From contig OZ251244.1 of the NCBI GenBank assembly GCA_965240325.2, positions 744,001-808,000 on the forward strand: DNA of 64,000 nucleotides. The letters are read 5' to 3'. This DNA is from Rebecca billardiae RCC1528. Lineage: Eukaryota; Protista; Haptophyta. This document shows, in pieces, positions 21,664 to 32,973 of this stretch (positions are counted from its first letter, which is position 1; each line of letters begins with the position of its first letter). The notes under the pieces were generated by a model. The model saw nothing but the letters and a program-made list of their open reading frames with translations, was not told the origin of the DNA and did no database searches. The position numbers and the translations under genes were made by a program.

Positions 21664-24600
21664 TCAGACGGCACGTGCCGCGCGCTGCGAGCGCGCCGCC
21701 GCCGGCTGCTGCGCTTTCGCGCCAGCCGCCTTGCCCGCGCCAGCGCGCGAGCCGCGCGAGCCGCTGCGCGCGCCGCGCGCGCTCGCCGGCGTCTGCGTCG
21801 GGCCACCGGGCAGCTCACTGAGCACACCCTCAAGGTTGGCGGCGCGGGCAGGCGTGGCGGCGGCGGCGGCGTGCTCGCGCGCCGGCGTCTCCGCCTCGTC
21901 GTCACTCGCGGCTCCGTCCGCGCGGAGCGCGCGCGCGCGGAGCTTGCCCAGCACCGCTTCGAACTCCTCCTGCGGGCGCACGCACCGGCGCGGGCGCGCG
22001 TGGGGGCGCGCACGCGCGCACGCGCGCATCGCGGCGGTAGGCGAGAGAGCACACGCGCGTGAGCCATCAAGCGTGCAGCAGGCCTGTGGGCCGGCAAGGC
22101 AGCCGGATAGGAACACGGGGGAAGCGCGGCTCGGAGCGCGGCGAGCGCGCGCGCGCACCGCCGTCTGCGAGAGCGCCGCCTTGCCCACGCGCCGCGCGCG
22201 CGCCGCCGCCTCGCACAGCGACGCGAACACGATCTCGTCGCCGAGACGGTGCGCGTACGACTCCTGACGCTCGAGCAGGCGGCGCAGCGAGCGCTCGGTC
22301 GCCGGCAGCCGCTCGAGGCAGAAGGCGATGGCGCGCGCGGTCTCGGGGACGTCCGCGTCCGCGGCGGCGAGCCGCGCGACGAGCCGCTCGCTCAGGGCCT
22401 CCGCCTGCCGGTCCTTGTCGATGAAGCCCAGCAGGTAGCCGAGGATCTCCTTGAAGCCCTGGCCGCCGATGCGCACCGGACGCCGGGCGCGATCGAGCGC
22501 GGAGGCGAGCGGTGTGAGAGGCGAGCGCCGGCGGCGCGTGGACGTGGGCGGCGCATGTGCGGGCGGGCGGGCGCGTGGCCGGCACGGCGCGCCCGGCGCG
22601 GCAGCACTGCGCGCACCTCGCTGCTCACGCCCGCCTCGGGCCGGCTGAGCCGAGAGAGCAAGTCCGGGAGCGCGTTGTAGACCGGAGCCGACGACTTGGC
22701 GGCGAGCTCGGTGAAGAGCGCGCGCGCGCGCGCGCGCACCTCGGGCTGCGGGTCGAGCAGGAGCAGCGCGGACTCGGCGATCCCGCCGCGCGCCTTTACC
22801 ATGTCGTGCAGCGTGAGGTGGCTCACCACCATGAGCGCGTGCGTGCGCACACACACGTCCGAGTCGCGGAGCGTGCGGTGCACGTGCGCCGTCCACGGCT
22901 CGAGCAGGTTGGGGTAGCGCACGCAGAGGTCGCCGAGCGCGACGACGAGCGTGGTGCGCACGGCCGCGGGCACGGCCGCGTGCGCGCCGTCGGCCGGTGC
23001 GCACGTCGCGCTGCCGCCGTCCTCGTCGGCGCACGCGGCGCCGCCATCCTTGGAGCCCGCGTCGCCGCCATGCTGACCGCCATGCTGGTCGGGCGCGAGG
23101 AGCAAGCTGAAGAAGAGCTGCAGCCGCGCCTCGCAGTACGCGGGCGAGGCGGCCATCAGCTTGGCGAGGGTGAGCGCCGCGGCGCAGCGCACGCGCGGCT
23201 GGGCACCCGCGCCCTCGCCGGCGCACAGCGCGTCCACCAGCGGGCAGTACGCGCCGAGCAGCCCGTCGGGGCCGGGGCCGTCGGGGCCGTCGCCGCTGCG
23301 CCAGCCCACCACGTCCCGATCGGCGAGCAGGCGGAAGTTCTCGTAGTCGGTCTCCTCCGCCTCGGCGCGCGCGCCGAGCTCCTTCTCCACGGCGGACTCG
23401 TCCTCACCGTCCGCCTCCGCGCCCGCCGCCGCCGCGCCGGCGGGCGGCGCGCGCGCGCCCGCGCGCGCGCGCTTGAGCGCGCGCTCGCAGCGCTCAATGT
23501 GCACGAGCTCCGAGATCGCGATCTGGCCGAGCGTGAAGAGCAGGCGGCAGAGGGCGTCGACGCTGGTGGCGTGCGAGACGGGCGGGTCCACGCTGCCGCC
23601 GCGCTCCACGCCATCCACCTCGCCCTCCGCGCCGGGCGGCGCAGCGGCGCTGCGCGCATCGTCGTCGGCGCCGCCGAGCGCATGCGCATGCAGTGCGCGC
23701 ACGACCGATGCTGCCTCGGCCTCGGGCGCGGGCGAGAGGGCGTAGAGCGCGCCGAGCGCGCGCTCGGCCATCTGCGGCCACGCCGCCGCGTCGGCACCAC
23801 CCTCCGCCGGCGCCCACGCGAGCAGCGCGCGCAGCTGCTGCAGCGCGCGCTGGCGCGGAATTGGAACCGCGCTGGCGCCTCCCGCGGCCTCGGCGTTGGC
23901 GCCGGCGGCGGCGCCGAGCACGGCGCACGCCGCCGAGGCGAGCTGCGCGTTGTAGGGCGGCGAGAGCGCGAGCGTGAGCATCCGGTCGATGCGCCCGCGC
24001 AGCACGTCCGCGTCCACCGCCGCGAGCATCAGCAGCAGCTCGAGCGACGCCGCGGCGCGCGGCGTGCGCGGCGGCGCGCCCTCAGGGCGCACGGCGCCGG
24101 GCTCGGCGTCGGCCGGCGGCTCGAGCGCGAGCTCCCAGAGCGCGCCGACGATGCCGGCGGGCAGCTTGGCGCCGGCCGCGCCGGCCGACGCCGCCGCGCC
24201 GCCCGCGGACGCGTCGCCAAGCAGCTGCGGCAGCAGCGCCTCCAGCGCCGCATGCGAATTCGGGCCGAGTTTTGCATAGAGCGAGACGAGCGAGCGCGCG
24301 CTCGCGGCGGCGGCGGCGTGCGCGCGGGGCGCGCGCGGCTTGGGGCCCTTGGCGGCCGCGACGTGCGCCTCGCCCTCCGCCTCCTCGCCCAGCGCCCCGC
24401 CCAGCAACGTGCCGAGGAACGCCTCGGCGAGCGCCGCGCGCACGGTCGGCTCGGGAGACAGGCTGAGTGGAAGGGTGCCGAGCAGAGAGGCCGGCGCGCG
24501 GCGCACGCCAAAGTCGGCGAGCGTGGCGAGCGTGCTGATGGTCTCGGCGGCGTCGGTGGCGGTGCTCGAGCTGAGCAGCTGCACCACGTCGTCGAGCGCG

Positions 24601-26349
24601 CCGTCAAGCGCGCGCGAGAAGCGCAGCGCGCCGTCACAGAGCGCGAGCGCGCGGCGCGCGCGCGCGCCGTCCGCGCCACCTCCCTCCGCCGCGCCCGCCG
24701 CGCCCGGCTCGTCTGTCTCCCAGAAGGCGGCGTCGGCGATCGCGGCGGGGTCGGGCTCGGCCGCGCCCTCCGCCTCGGCGCGCACCTCCTCCACCTTGGC
24801 CTTGAGCGTCGCGTGCGCGGCGGCATGCGCATTCGTGTCGAGCGACGGCGCGAACGGGTTGAACTGTGCGAGCTGCCGAAGTGTCACGAGCGCGTTCTTG
24901 CGCACGAGCGCGGCCTTGTCGCGCAGCCGGCCGAGCACCGCGTCGACCAGCGCGTCCCACACCGACGGCGGCACCGCGCGCGCCTGCACCGCGCGCGCCC
25001 ACGCCTGCAGCGCGCGCCCGCGCGTGTAGCTACTGGCATCAAGCACGCGCGCGAGCAGCACGTCCGAAATCGCTTCGGCCGTCTGCCGGAGGGCGTCGCC
25101 GTTGAGCTCGCCGAGCGCGTCGTCGGCGTGCTGCGCGAGGAGGGCACGGCGCTGCTCCTGCACGTGCACGAGCAGCCCGCCTGCGCGCGGAGCGAGCGTG
25201 CGCGCGCACGGCACGATGGGTGAGCGCGCGAAGCAGCGCAGAGCTGTGGTCGCGAGCGCGCGCTCGAGCGCGCGCGCGCGCACACGGCGCGCGGCGCGCA
25301 CCGAAGGCTTGGACGACGCCGGAGCGCACGGTGTAGTTGTCCGACGCGAGCTGCGGCATCAGCGCGCCCACGTTCGCGAGGAGCACCTCCGGAAGCCTCT
25401 CGGCCAGCTCGACCATGAGTGCGGCCGCGCCGCGAGCGCCGGAGGAGTCCGCGCCGGCCGCGCCCGCCGCGGCGGCCGCGGCGCCGACGTCGTGCACGAG
25501 CTCGCCGACGACCTGCACGCCGTCGTCGGCCGCCGTCAGGCGCACGGCCAGCTCCGCCAGGTACGGCGGCACGTGCTCGCACTTGTGCACGAGCTCGACG
25601 CACGACGTGACCACGGCGAGCCGCTGTCCGAATCGCGCAGCAGCGGTCGCGAGGACCTCGACTGCCGGCCGGCGGATCGCGGCGTTCTTGGAGAGGGTGG
25701 GGTGCTCGAGCAGCGCGCATGCCGCGCGGGTGAAGAGGTGCATGAACGACTCGTCGGGCGCCGAGAGCCCCCACAGCGCCGCGAGCTCGCACTCCAGCGC
25801 CGCGTTGAGCCGAAGCAGCATGTCTTCGAGCAGCGCCGCACGCTCCCAGCTGCCGGCCGCAGCGGCCTTGCCGCCCTTGGCGGTGGACGCGCGCGCGCCC
25901 TTGGCGGTGGATGCACGCGTCGGGGCGTCCTCCTCGCGCCCAAGCGCGGCGGTGACCAGCCAGCTCACGAAGAAGGCGTGCAGCTTGAGCGCGCTGCGCG
26001 GACCGACCAGCTCGGCGTCCGAGCGCGCCATGTCGAGCTTGGCGACGCGGCGCACGACGGCGACGAGCCGGTCGGTGCTCTCGGCAAGGGTACGACGAAG
26101 ACTCCCCACCGCCGCGGCGGGAAGCTCGCCGAAGCCGCACAGCGCGCTGTACACGGTGTCGAGCGTCGCGCGCTCGGAGAGTGCATCCTCCGGCGCCGCG
26201 TCGAACGCGCGCTCGCGCGCGTCCTCCAGAGCGGCAAGGACAGCCGCGGCGGGCATGGCGGAGACGTCGACGCGCTCGGCCACGCCGAAGCGGCCACCGC
26301 GCCCCTCGAGCTCATCAGCCCTCGCGGGGATGGCGAACTCGTCCTCCAT
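21664..26349 (-). CDS. NCAPD2: Condensin I HEAT subunit CAP-D2 (Cnd1/Ycs4); exons 26349-25302, 25180-22617, 22458-22159, 21969-21664
   Basis: Cnd1 C-terminal motifs AALTLAKLM..CEARLQLFFSLL, VRTTLVVALGDLCVRYPNLLEPWT, LRDSDVCVR..HLTLHDMVKARG and VYNALPDLLSRLS. Also RVLDASSYTRGRALQ and RLRDKAALVRKNAL. Three GT-AG introns restore the frame. Confidence 0.93.
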
Positions 26350-26591
26350 TGAGCCTGGACACGCAGCGGGCGGCGGGCCTGATGCCGGCTCTGGCGGCCC
26401 TTCTCGTTTGAAAATCGAGGTCCGGAAGTGCTCGTCGCGAGCGAGCGCCGAGCGGCCGAGCAGCGCGCTCGCGAGTCCGTCCCGCGAAAAACCGGGTGCT
26501 CGCGCCCGGACCCGCGCATCATCGGCAAGCAGGGTGGTGGTGTTGCCGGGAGCAGCGAGGTCGCGCAGCGAGCAGCACGCATATCGCAGCC

Positions 26592-27001
26592 ATGTCGTCG
26601 CCGCCGATGCCACAGTGGAAGCTCGGGCGGCTGTCGAAGGAGTCCGAGTTCAGCAAGACGTTCTACAACTTCTTCCTCAAGAGGAACTCGTCGTACGTCA
26701 CCACCATCTTCGCCGTCGCGGTTGTCGGCGGCATCGCGTTTGATAAGATGATGGACTCTGTGTGGGAGACGAGCAACAAGGGGGTACGCGCGCGCGGCGG
26801 CGGCGGGCGCGGCATCTGGCGTGGTCGTTGGCCATGCACCCCTGCCCGAGGTGCCTCCGGGTGGGCCGCCAGGCTGCTGCCCGCCTCAACTCACACGCGC
26901 GCGCCGCTGCGCTACGCCTACCGCGTGTTCTCGCTGCGGCGCTCGCGCGTGCGCAGAAGCTGTGGAAGGACGTGAAGGACAACTTCAGCGGCGAGGACTA
27001 G
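26592..27001 (+). CDS. QCR9: Cytochrome bc1 complex subunit 9; exons 26592-26783 and 26957-27001
   Basis: FYNFFLKRNSSYVTTIFAVAVVGGIAFDKMMDSVWETSNKG|KLWKDVKD is the UQCR10/QCR9 signature. Confidence 0.93.
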
Positions 27002-27542
27002 GCGTGCGGATAGGCACCTCGTGCGCGTGGCGATCGGCCGGGCGCACGCTATCGCTTCGTCCTGCAGCTGGGGCAGCGCGGGCGCCGCCTGACGGTCTCC
27101 GGACGCGCGCTGGCGCGGGCGTCGTCTGATCGGGCCGCCGCGCCGGGCGCGCGCGGCCCGCGCAGATGCGCTCAAGCGGTGCCTTCGCCGTGTGTGGGCG
27201 CAGCGGATGGCGCCGGCGCACGAGGCGCGGCCCGGGATGGAGACAGGGCGGCCGACCCGGGCCGGACACGGGGCCGCCTGAGCCGCGGGACGATTTGACG
27301 AAACACGCCTCATCCTGATAAGGGTCCGGGACGAATCCTGTGAAGTCATCTACAAGTCCGGATATTCCGGGCAGGAACCCCGGGACCGGCACGTCCACCA
27401 ATCAGAGGCGTCGACGCGGCCGGAATCTTGCTGTTTCCTGTCGCCGACCCGGCTTTCGGTGCGCCCGCGCCGGAGCGCCCGCCGCTCGCGAGCCGGTGGC
27501 CGCGTCCTGCCCTCCACCTCGCAGCTCAGGACTTGCCGAAGG

Positions 27543-29222
27543 ATGTCCGGCACCGGCGCGACGACGCTCAAGAGCGTGCTCGAGAAGCGCGCGAAATCCG
27601 CGGCGGTGCCCGCGCGCGAGGTGCTGCCGCCGGTGGACAAGCGCGAGTCGCTAGCACGCGCCCGCAGCCAGCTCACCCGCGCCGTCACCACCAACGAGTT
27701 CGAGCTGGCCGCGCTCAGCTTTGACAAGGTCCTCGACGAGCTCGCGCAGAGCGTCGGCAAGGACCACAGCATCTCCCAGGAGGAGGTGGACGCGGAGAGC
27801 ACGTGGCTTTGCGAGATGATCCATGCGCACCAGAACCGCTCCGCCCAGGGCGCCGCCGCCGCCGCCGCCGCCGTCGCCGCCGCCGCGACCGACTCGGGCG
27901 CGGACGTGACGATGACGCTCGTTCCCGCGCCGCCAAAGACGCCGACGCCGGCTGCGGCGAAGACGCCGGGCACCGGCGGCTCGTCGCAGCCGCGGAAGAA
28001 GCAGAAGACGTCCGCGGCCAAGTCGGACGGCGCGCCGAGCACCGAGAAGCGCGAGTCCACCGTCGCGTGGACCAAGTTCCACTCGCTCACGTCCGCCGAG
28101 ATGGGCATCGATCCGGAGAAGCAGGTCTCGACGGAGAAGGAGGTGCTGAAGGAGTGCGCGAAGAAGGCGAAGGACTACGTGACGAAGGTGGAGAACGCGC
28201 GCGAGGTGATCAAGGTGCTCAACTCCGCGTACCCCGACGTCGCCATCGAGCCCGACAGGATCACCACGCCGATGGTGACGACGCGCGACGTGAAAAGCGA
28301 CCATCTCAAGTTTTGGTACCTGAAGCCCAACTTCAAGGACAAGGAGGTGGAGCTGCTGCTGCGCGTGGCGCGGCACAAGACGGGGAACCTGTGGGACATC
28401 TCGTACGGCATCAAGCAGCCCACGCCCAAGCCGAACGTGCCCGGCTCCCTCCCGCTCGCGACCGACTCGCCGGCGGTGCCGCCCCTGCCCAACCTGTCCG
28501 CTGTCTCGCCGGCCCAGCCGCCAGCGCCGCCGTCGTCCGTCTTGCAGCCGGTGCCGCAGCGGCCGGCGGCGCCGCCCGTGCCGCAGCCGCCGCCGCCCGT
28601 GCCGCAGCCGCCGCCCGTGCCGCAGCCACCGCCCGTGCCGCCGCCTGTGCCGCAGCCGCCGCCCGTGCCGCAGCCACCGCCCGTGCCGCAGCCGCCGCCC
28701 GTGCCGCCGCCCGTGCCGCAGCCGCCGCCCGTGCCGCAGCCGCCGCCCGTGCCGCAGCCGCCGCCCGTGCCTCCGCCCGTGCCGCAGCCACCGCCCGTGC
28801 CGCAGCCACCGGCAGTGCCGCAGCCGCCGCCCGTGCCGCAGCCGCCCGCGGTGCCCCAGCCGCCCGCGGTGCCGCAGCCGCCACCCGCGCCGCAGCCGCC
28901 ACCCGTGCCGCCGTCCGCGCAGTCAGCACCGCCGCAGCCGGAGCCGGCGCCTGCGGTGCCTCAGCCGCCGCAGTCTGTGGCAGCGCCGGCGCCGCCGCCG
29001 CCGCAGCCGCCGCCGCTGCCAGTGGCGCCCCCGCCGCCGCAGCTCACGTCGCAGCTGGCGCCGCCGCCCGCGCCGCAGCCTCCCCAGCCGCCCCAGCCGC
29101 CGGCCGTCTCCGCCCCTCCACTGCCACCGGTGCCGATGCCGCCGGCCATCCCCACAGTCACGGACGTGACTACGACCGACCCGTCGTCTGTCGTCAAGTC
29201 CGTCATGGTCGACCACCCGTGA
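27543..29222 (+). CDS. Hypothetical protein: Lys-rich globular N-terminal region plus (PVPQPP)n tail
   Basis: Single-exon ORF with strong GC3 codon bias and no recognisable domain. Confidence 0.75.
   Translation: MSGTGATTLKSVLEKRAKSAAVPAREVLPPVDKRESLARARSQLTRAVTTNEFELAALSFDKVLDELAQSVGKDHSISQEEVDAESTWLCEMIHAHQNRSAQGAAAAAAAVAAAATDSGADVTMTLVPAPPKTPTPAAAKTPGTGGSSQPRKKQKTSAAKSDGAPSTEKRESTVAWTKFHSLTSAEMGIDPEKQVSTEKEVLKECAKKAKDYVTKVENAREVIKVLNSAYPDVAIEPDRITTPMVTTRDVKSDHLKFWYLKPNFKDKEVELLLRVARHKTGNLWDISYGIKQPTPKPNVPGSLPLATDSPAVPPLPNLSAVSPAQPPAPPSSVLQPVPQRPAAPPVPQPPPPVPQPPPVPQPPPVPPPVPQPPPVPQPPPVPQPPPVPPPVPQPPPVPQPPPVPQPPPVPPPVPQPPPVPQPPAVPQPPPVPQPPAVPQPPAVPQPPPAPQPPPVPPSAQSAPPQPEPAPAVPQPPQSVAAPAPPPPQPPPLPVAPPPPQLTSQLAPPPAPQPPQPPQPPAVSAPPLPPVPMPPAIPTVTDVTTTDPSSVVKSVMVDHP
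28546..28910 (+). repeat. Coding minisatellite, 18-bp unit CCCGTGCCGCAGCCGCCG with 12-bp variants
   Basis: About 20 tandem units encoding PVPQPP or PVPP. Confidence 0.92.
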
Positions 29223-29866
29223 ATCGCGCCACTCGCTCACGGCACGCACACACACACACACCAGCCGCCCGGCGCGGCCACGCCCGCAGTACACGTGCTC
29301 GGGCGATGCGCGAGCCATGCGCCCCCACGACCTCTCGCCAGCACAGCAGTCGGCGCCCGTCCAGTCTCCGCGCTCGCAAGCGCTGCCACAGCCGAGACAC
29401 CCGCGCAGCCTCGCTGCCGCTGCCGCCGCGATGCTGCCGCGCTGATGCCGGCCGCCCGCGACGCTGCGCGGCCCCGACGCGTCACACCTAGCCCAGTGGC
29501 GTGTGCGCGTCGAGCTGCCTGCGTCCGCATCGCCAACCCCTGCTCCTCTCGCTGCCTTCACGGCCGCTGCCGCGCGTCCCGGCGTCCGCACACACGGGCA
29601 CGGCCGCGACCCCGGGTCGTTTGCCCGGTGGTGGTGCGCCGACCGCTGGCGCCAGCGAGTCGCCGGTGACATCTGACATACGTCACCGCTCGCACGTGCC
29701 AGCGCCGCGCACGACGACGATGTCGATGGCAGCCGTAGTGAAACACGCGCTAGCTTAATAAATATAACGTTACTGAAATTCAACTCCGCTTCGGAGTCCT
29801 CTGCCAGTGCCGGCGGAGGCCGCGTCACGGAGCCTCGGACCGGCCGCCAGTAGTTCCCGGCATGAC

Positions 29867-30354
29867 TAGTGGGGTCAGAGCTCCGGCCGACCGTTACACT
29901 CTCGGGTGCCACAATCTCCCGAAATCTCTTAGCATGAACTATCACGACACGGGTATTTACTTGGACGAACTAGTTAGTAGGCGTTAAGGCTTAATTCCGC
30001 ATTGGGTGCCGTAGAAATAGAATCCGCCTCAGATGATGAGTGCCAAGATCATTCAGACTGCCAAAATGTGATCTAGACGGAGTGCGATTCTGGTGCAAAT
30101 AGCGAGATCACCTTGGCAGATCGTGTATCTCCCCTACTAATGTTGCCGAGATCGCGTCGAGATTGAGGTCGTATATATCTCCAGTATGTGACCTTTTTTC
30201 GCAAAACTTGATGTCAGCGTGACCCCAGCTCATTTCAGGCGAATAATATTGACATCCATCCCGAAGTTTGAGAGCCTCATCTCAAGACGACAGGAAGCAG
30301 TTTGAGTTGGATTTTGGGCCACGCACCCCCCACCGTGGGGCTCTGACCCCTCTA
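29867..30354. mobile_element. hAT-like MITE relic
   Basis: 18-bp imperfect TIRs TAGWGGGGTCAGAGCYCC (29867-29884 and 30337-30354), AT-richer interior, TSD not intact. Confidence 0.6.
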
Positions 30355-31116
30355 TTCCACGACCACTTCAGCTATACAGATTACAGTACTAGTAGTCGCG
30401 AGGACTAGGACGACCGTCAGCAGTATATAGCTAGCAGCAGTACATACAGTAGTATGTATACTACGACCGACGGTAGTGACTGCTGGCGGCGGCATTCCGG
30501 CGCCGGCGGCGCGCCGCCGCCGCCGCGCCGTCCCGGCCCGCGCGGACCGCGTACTCCGGTAGGCGGTACTCGTACTCGTAGGTAGGATTTACGTACTGAG
30601 TCAGAGTGTACTAGTCGTATCAGTGACTCAGTGTAAGCTGCGTACCGGTCACTCGTACGCCGACTACTCGGAGTCGAGTCTGCTACGCTGCTACGGCTAG
30701 CAGGCACGAGTCAGCTGATGCGCTATTGCGCCTATTGGCGCGGTATTCCGTATTCGGACTCAGTCGGTCCGCGGAGGCCGTCCGCTGACCGCTGCTGCGG
30801 CCGGTCTTGCCTCTTGGCCGGTCTGATGGTCTGATGGGCCGTCGCCGTCGGCCGCCGTCGCGGCCCCGTCGGCGTCCGGCCGGGCCGTCGGCCGGCCGGG
30901 CCCGGACCGCCCCGCCCGCGCCCCGGCGGCGGGCGACGGCCCACCTGGCGGCCCAGGCCGGCCACGCGGGGCAGGGTCCGGCCGCCCGTTCCGTTGCCCG
31001 TTAGGCGTCACGACGGCCGAAGTCGTCGGCCGACCAGCGGCTGCAGGCTGAAGGCGTCAGCGCGGTGCTCGGGGCAAAGCCAGCTCGTGGCGCCTGCCTG
31101 CGCCGGCCGTGACGGC

Positions 31117-32760
31117 TCACGCGGCGAACTGCCGAAGCACTTGGCTGGTCGCGAGCACCATGGCGACCGTGCCGGCGACAAGCAGCACGCACAGGCCGGC
31201 ACGCTCGACGAGCGAGCCGCCGGTGCCGCCGAATTCGCCACCGACGGCCGCGTCCGTGCCGGAGAGCGCACTCGCATCCGCCACGGCCGATGGCGACTGC
31301 GCGCCCCAGCCGAGCCCCGCGGCGCGCGCGCGATCGAGCCCGAGCCCGATCGCGGCGGGCAGGATGTAAGTAATCGTGGTGCCGAGCAGCGCGCCGCGGA
31401 TGGCCACCACGAAGAGAAGGTGCGACGCCGCGAAGAGGCCGAGACCGGTGGTCGCGCCGAAGAGGAGGAGCGTGAGCCGAGTGTCGATGGCGCGCGCGCG
31501 CTCGGCCGGCACGTCGCCCGGCTGCTCCTCGCCCACCAGCGCGCGGCCGATGCTCGCGCCGAGCACGCCGGAGGAGAGCACACCCTTCAGAGCAATCACG
31601 ATCAGGAGATAGGAGACCACCACGCCAAACGCCGTGGCGAGCTGCGCGACGCGGCCGAGCGGGTCGGCGGCGGCGAAGGCGTTGAGCGCGAACGGGGTGA
31701 CCGCGTCGCCGAACAGGACGTGCGTCGCGAGCATGATCACCCCGTAGCACGCGCTCGCGACGGAGAACGCCGCGAACGTCACCATGCTGAACTTGAGAGG
31801 CCCCGTGTCGCGCAGTTCCCGGAAGTATCGCGGGACGTCGACGTGGCACATGTAGGCCGTGCTCATCGCGCCGAGCAGGCGGAGGACGGACGAGCCCGTC
31901 ACGGCGGGGAGGGCGGTGCTCGCCGTCGCGGCGAGCGCCGCCGCCGAGTCCGCGAAGTACGCCCCGCCCTCCACGTAGGTGCCGTCGACCGCGCGGAGGA
32001 CGACAATGGCGGCGCTGGCAAATTTGGCGAGGACGCCGGCCGCCGAGCTCGGCGCGAGGCTGGCGATGTCGCGCCAGGTGAGCAGCGCGCTGAGGAGGAA
32101 GGGCGCGGTGGCGAGGACGGCGAAGCGCTTCGGGTCGGCCGCGAGCCAGGGCACGTGCGCCAGCGCGCCGCCGAGCGCGCTCTCCGGGCCGAGCGGCATG
32201 ACTGGCGCCAGCAGGTTGCCAAGCGCAATCTGGAGTTGCGTGATCACGCCGACTGTGTAGATGGTGATGAGGATCTGCGGCAGCTGGCGGGGCAGGTTGA
32301 GCGGTGGCCCTGCGCGCGTCCACAGCTCGTCCAGCGACCGCGCCCCCGTCCGCGCGCAGAACAGCCCGATCAGTGCGAACGTGATTGCGCCGCCGGCGCC
32401 AAGCCCACCGACGAGGCCAAGCTTGGCCGGTAGGGCGACACCGCTCGCGCTCGCGGGCAAGCAGTAGATGCCTGTGCCGATCATCATGTTGAAAATGACG
32501 CCTACCATGGCGAGCGACGAGATGCCCGGCGCAGCACCCTCGTCCGCCGCAGGCTTCTCCGCGTCCTCCGCGAGCGATACATGCGCACGCGTGCGCGACG
32601 GCGCGTGCGACACAGCACGGCGGTGGAGAGCGCGGCCAGTGACAGCCGTGCGACCGCTATAGAATGCTGGACGGACGAGCGACGGACGAAGCAGCGCGCT
32701 CTCGCATCCGCCCGCAGCGAGCACGACAACGAGCGCGGCGGCGAGTGCCAGCCGCGGCAT
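31117..32760 (-). CDS. Amino-acid transporter (AAAP/SLC38-like), probably plastid-targeted
   Basis: Signal peptide followed by an Arg/Ser-rich transit-like peptide. Motifs IFNMMIGTGIYCLPA and AYMCHVDVPRYFRELR. About 11 hydrophobic helices. Confidence 0.88.
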   Translation of the reverse strand: MPRLALAAALVVVLAAGGCESALLRPSLVRPAFYSGRTAVTGRALHRRAVSHAPSRTRAHVSLAEDAEKPAADEGAAPGISSLAMVGVIFNMMIGTGIYCLPASASGVALPAKLGLVGGLGAGGAITFALIGLFCARTGARSLDELWTRAGPPLNLPRQLPQILITIYTVGVITQLQIALGNLLAPVMPLGPESALGGALAHVPWLAADPKRFAVLATAPFLLSALLTWRDIASLAPSSAAGVLAKFASAAIVVLRAVDGTYVEGGAYFADSAAALAATASTALPAVTGSSVLRLLGAMSTAYMCHVDVPRYFRELRDTGPLKFSMVTFAAFSVASACYGVIMLATHVLFGDAVTPFALNAFAAADPLGRVAQLATAFGVVVSYLLIVIALKGVLSSGVLGASIGRALVGEEQPGDVPAERARAIDTRLTLLLFGATTGLGLFAASHLLFVVAIRGALLGTTITYILPAAIGLGLDRARAAGLGWGAQSPSAVADASALSGTDAAVGGEFGGTGGSLVERAGLCVLLVAGTVAMVLATSQVLRQFAA

Positions 32761-32973
32761 GGTTGTCGCCGTTCGCGCGCGGTCGGCGGAGCCGGCGATG
32801 ACAACCGATTGAACGGCCGTCCAATCGGAACGCGCGAATGTCTAGCTGCTGACTGCTCCGGAGGTTCGTCGAGGTTTGCTGAATGATTGCTGGTACTTAC
32901 ATGCAAGTCCGCGCCGGGACGATGGCGGCGGCAAGGTTGCGCGACGCGCTCTACCATCATCATGGCGCTACCG

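Noticed and set aside
28546-28910. Tandem arrays here and at 51385-51675 as CRISPR-like arrays
   Set aside because: No unique spacers; they are in-frame coding minisatellites in a eukaryotic context
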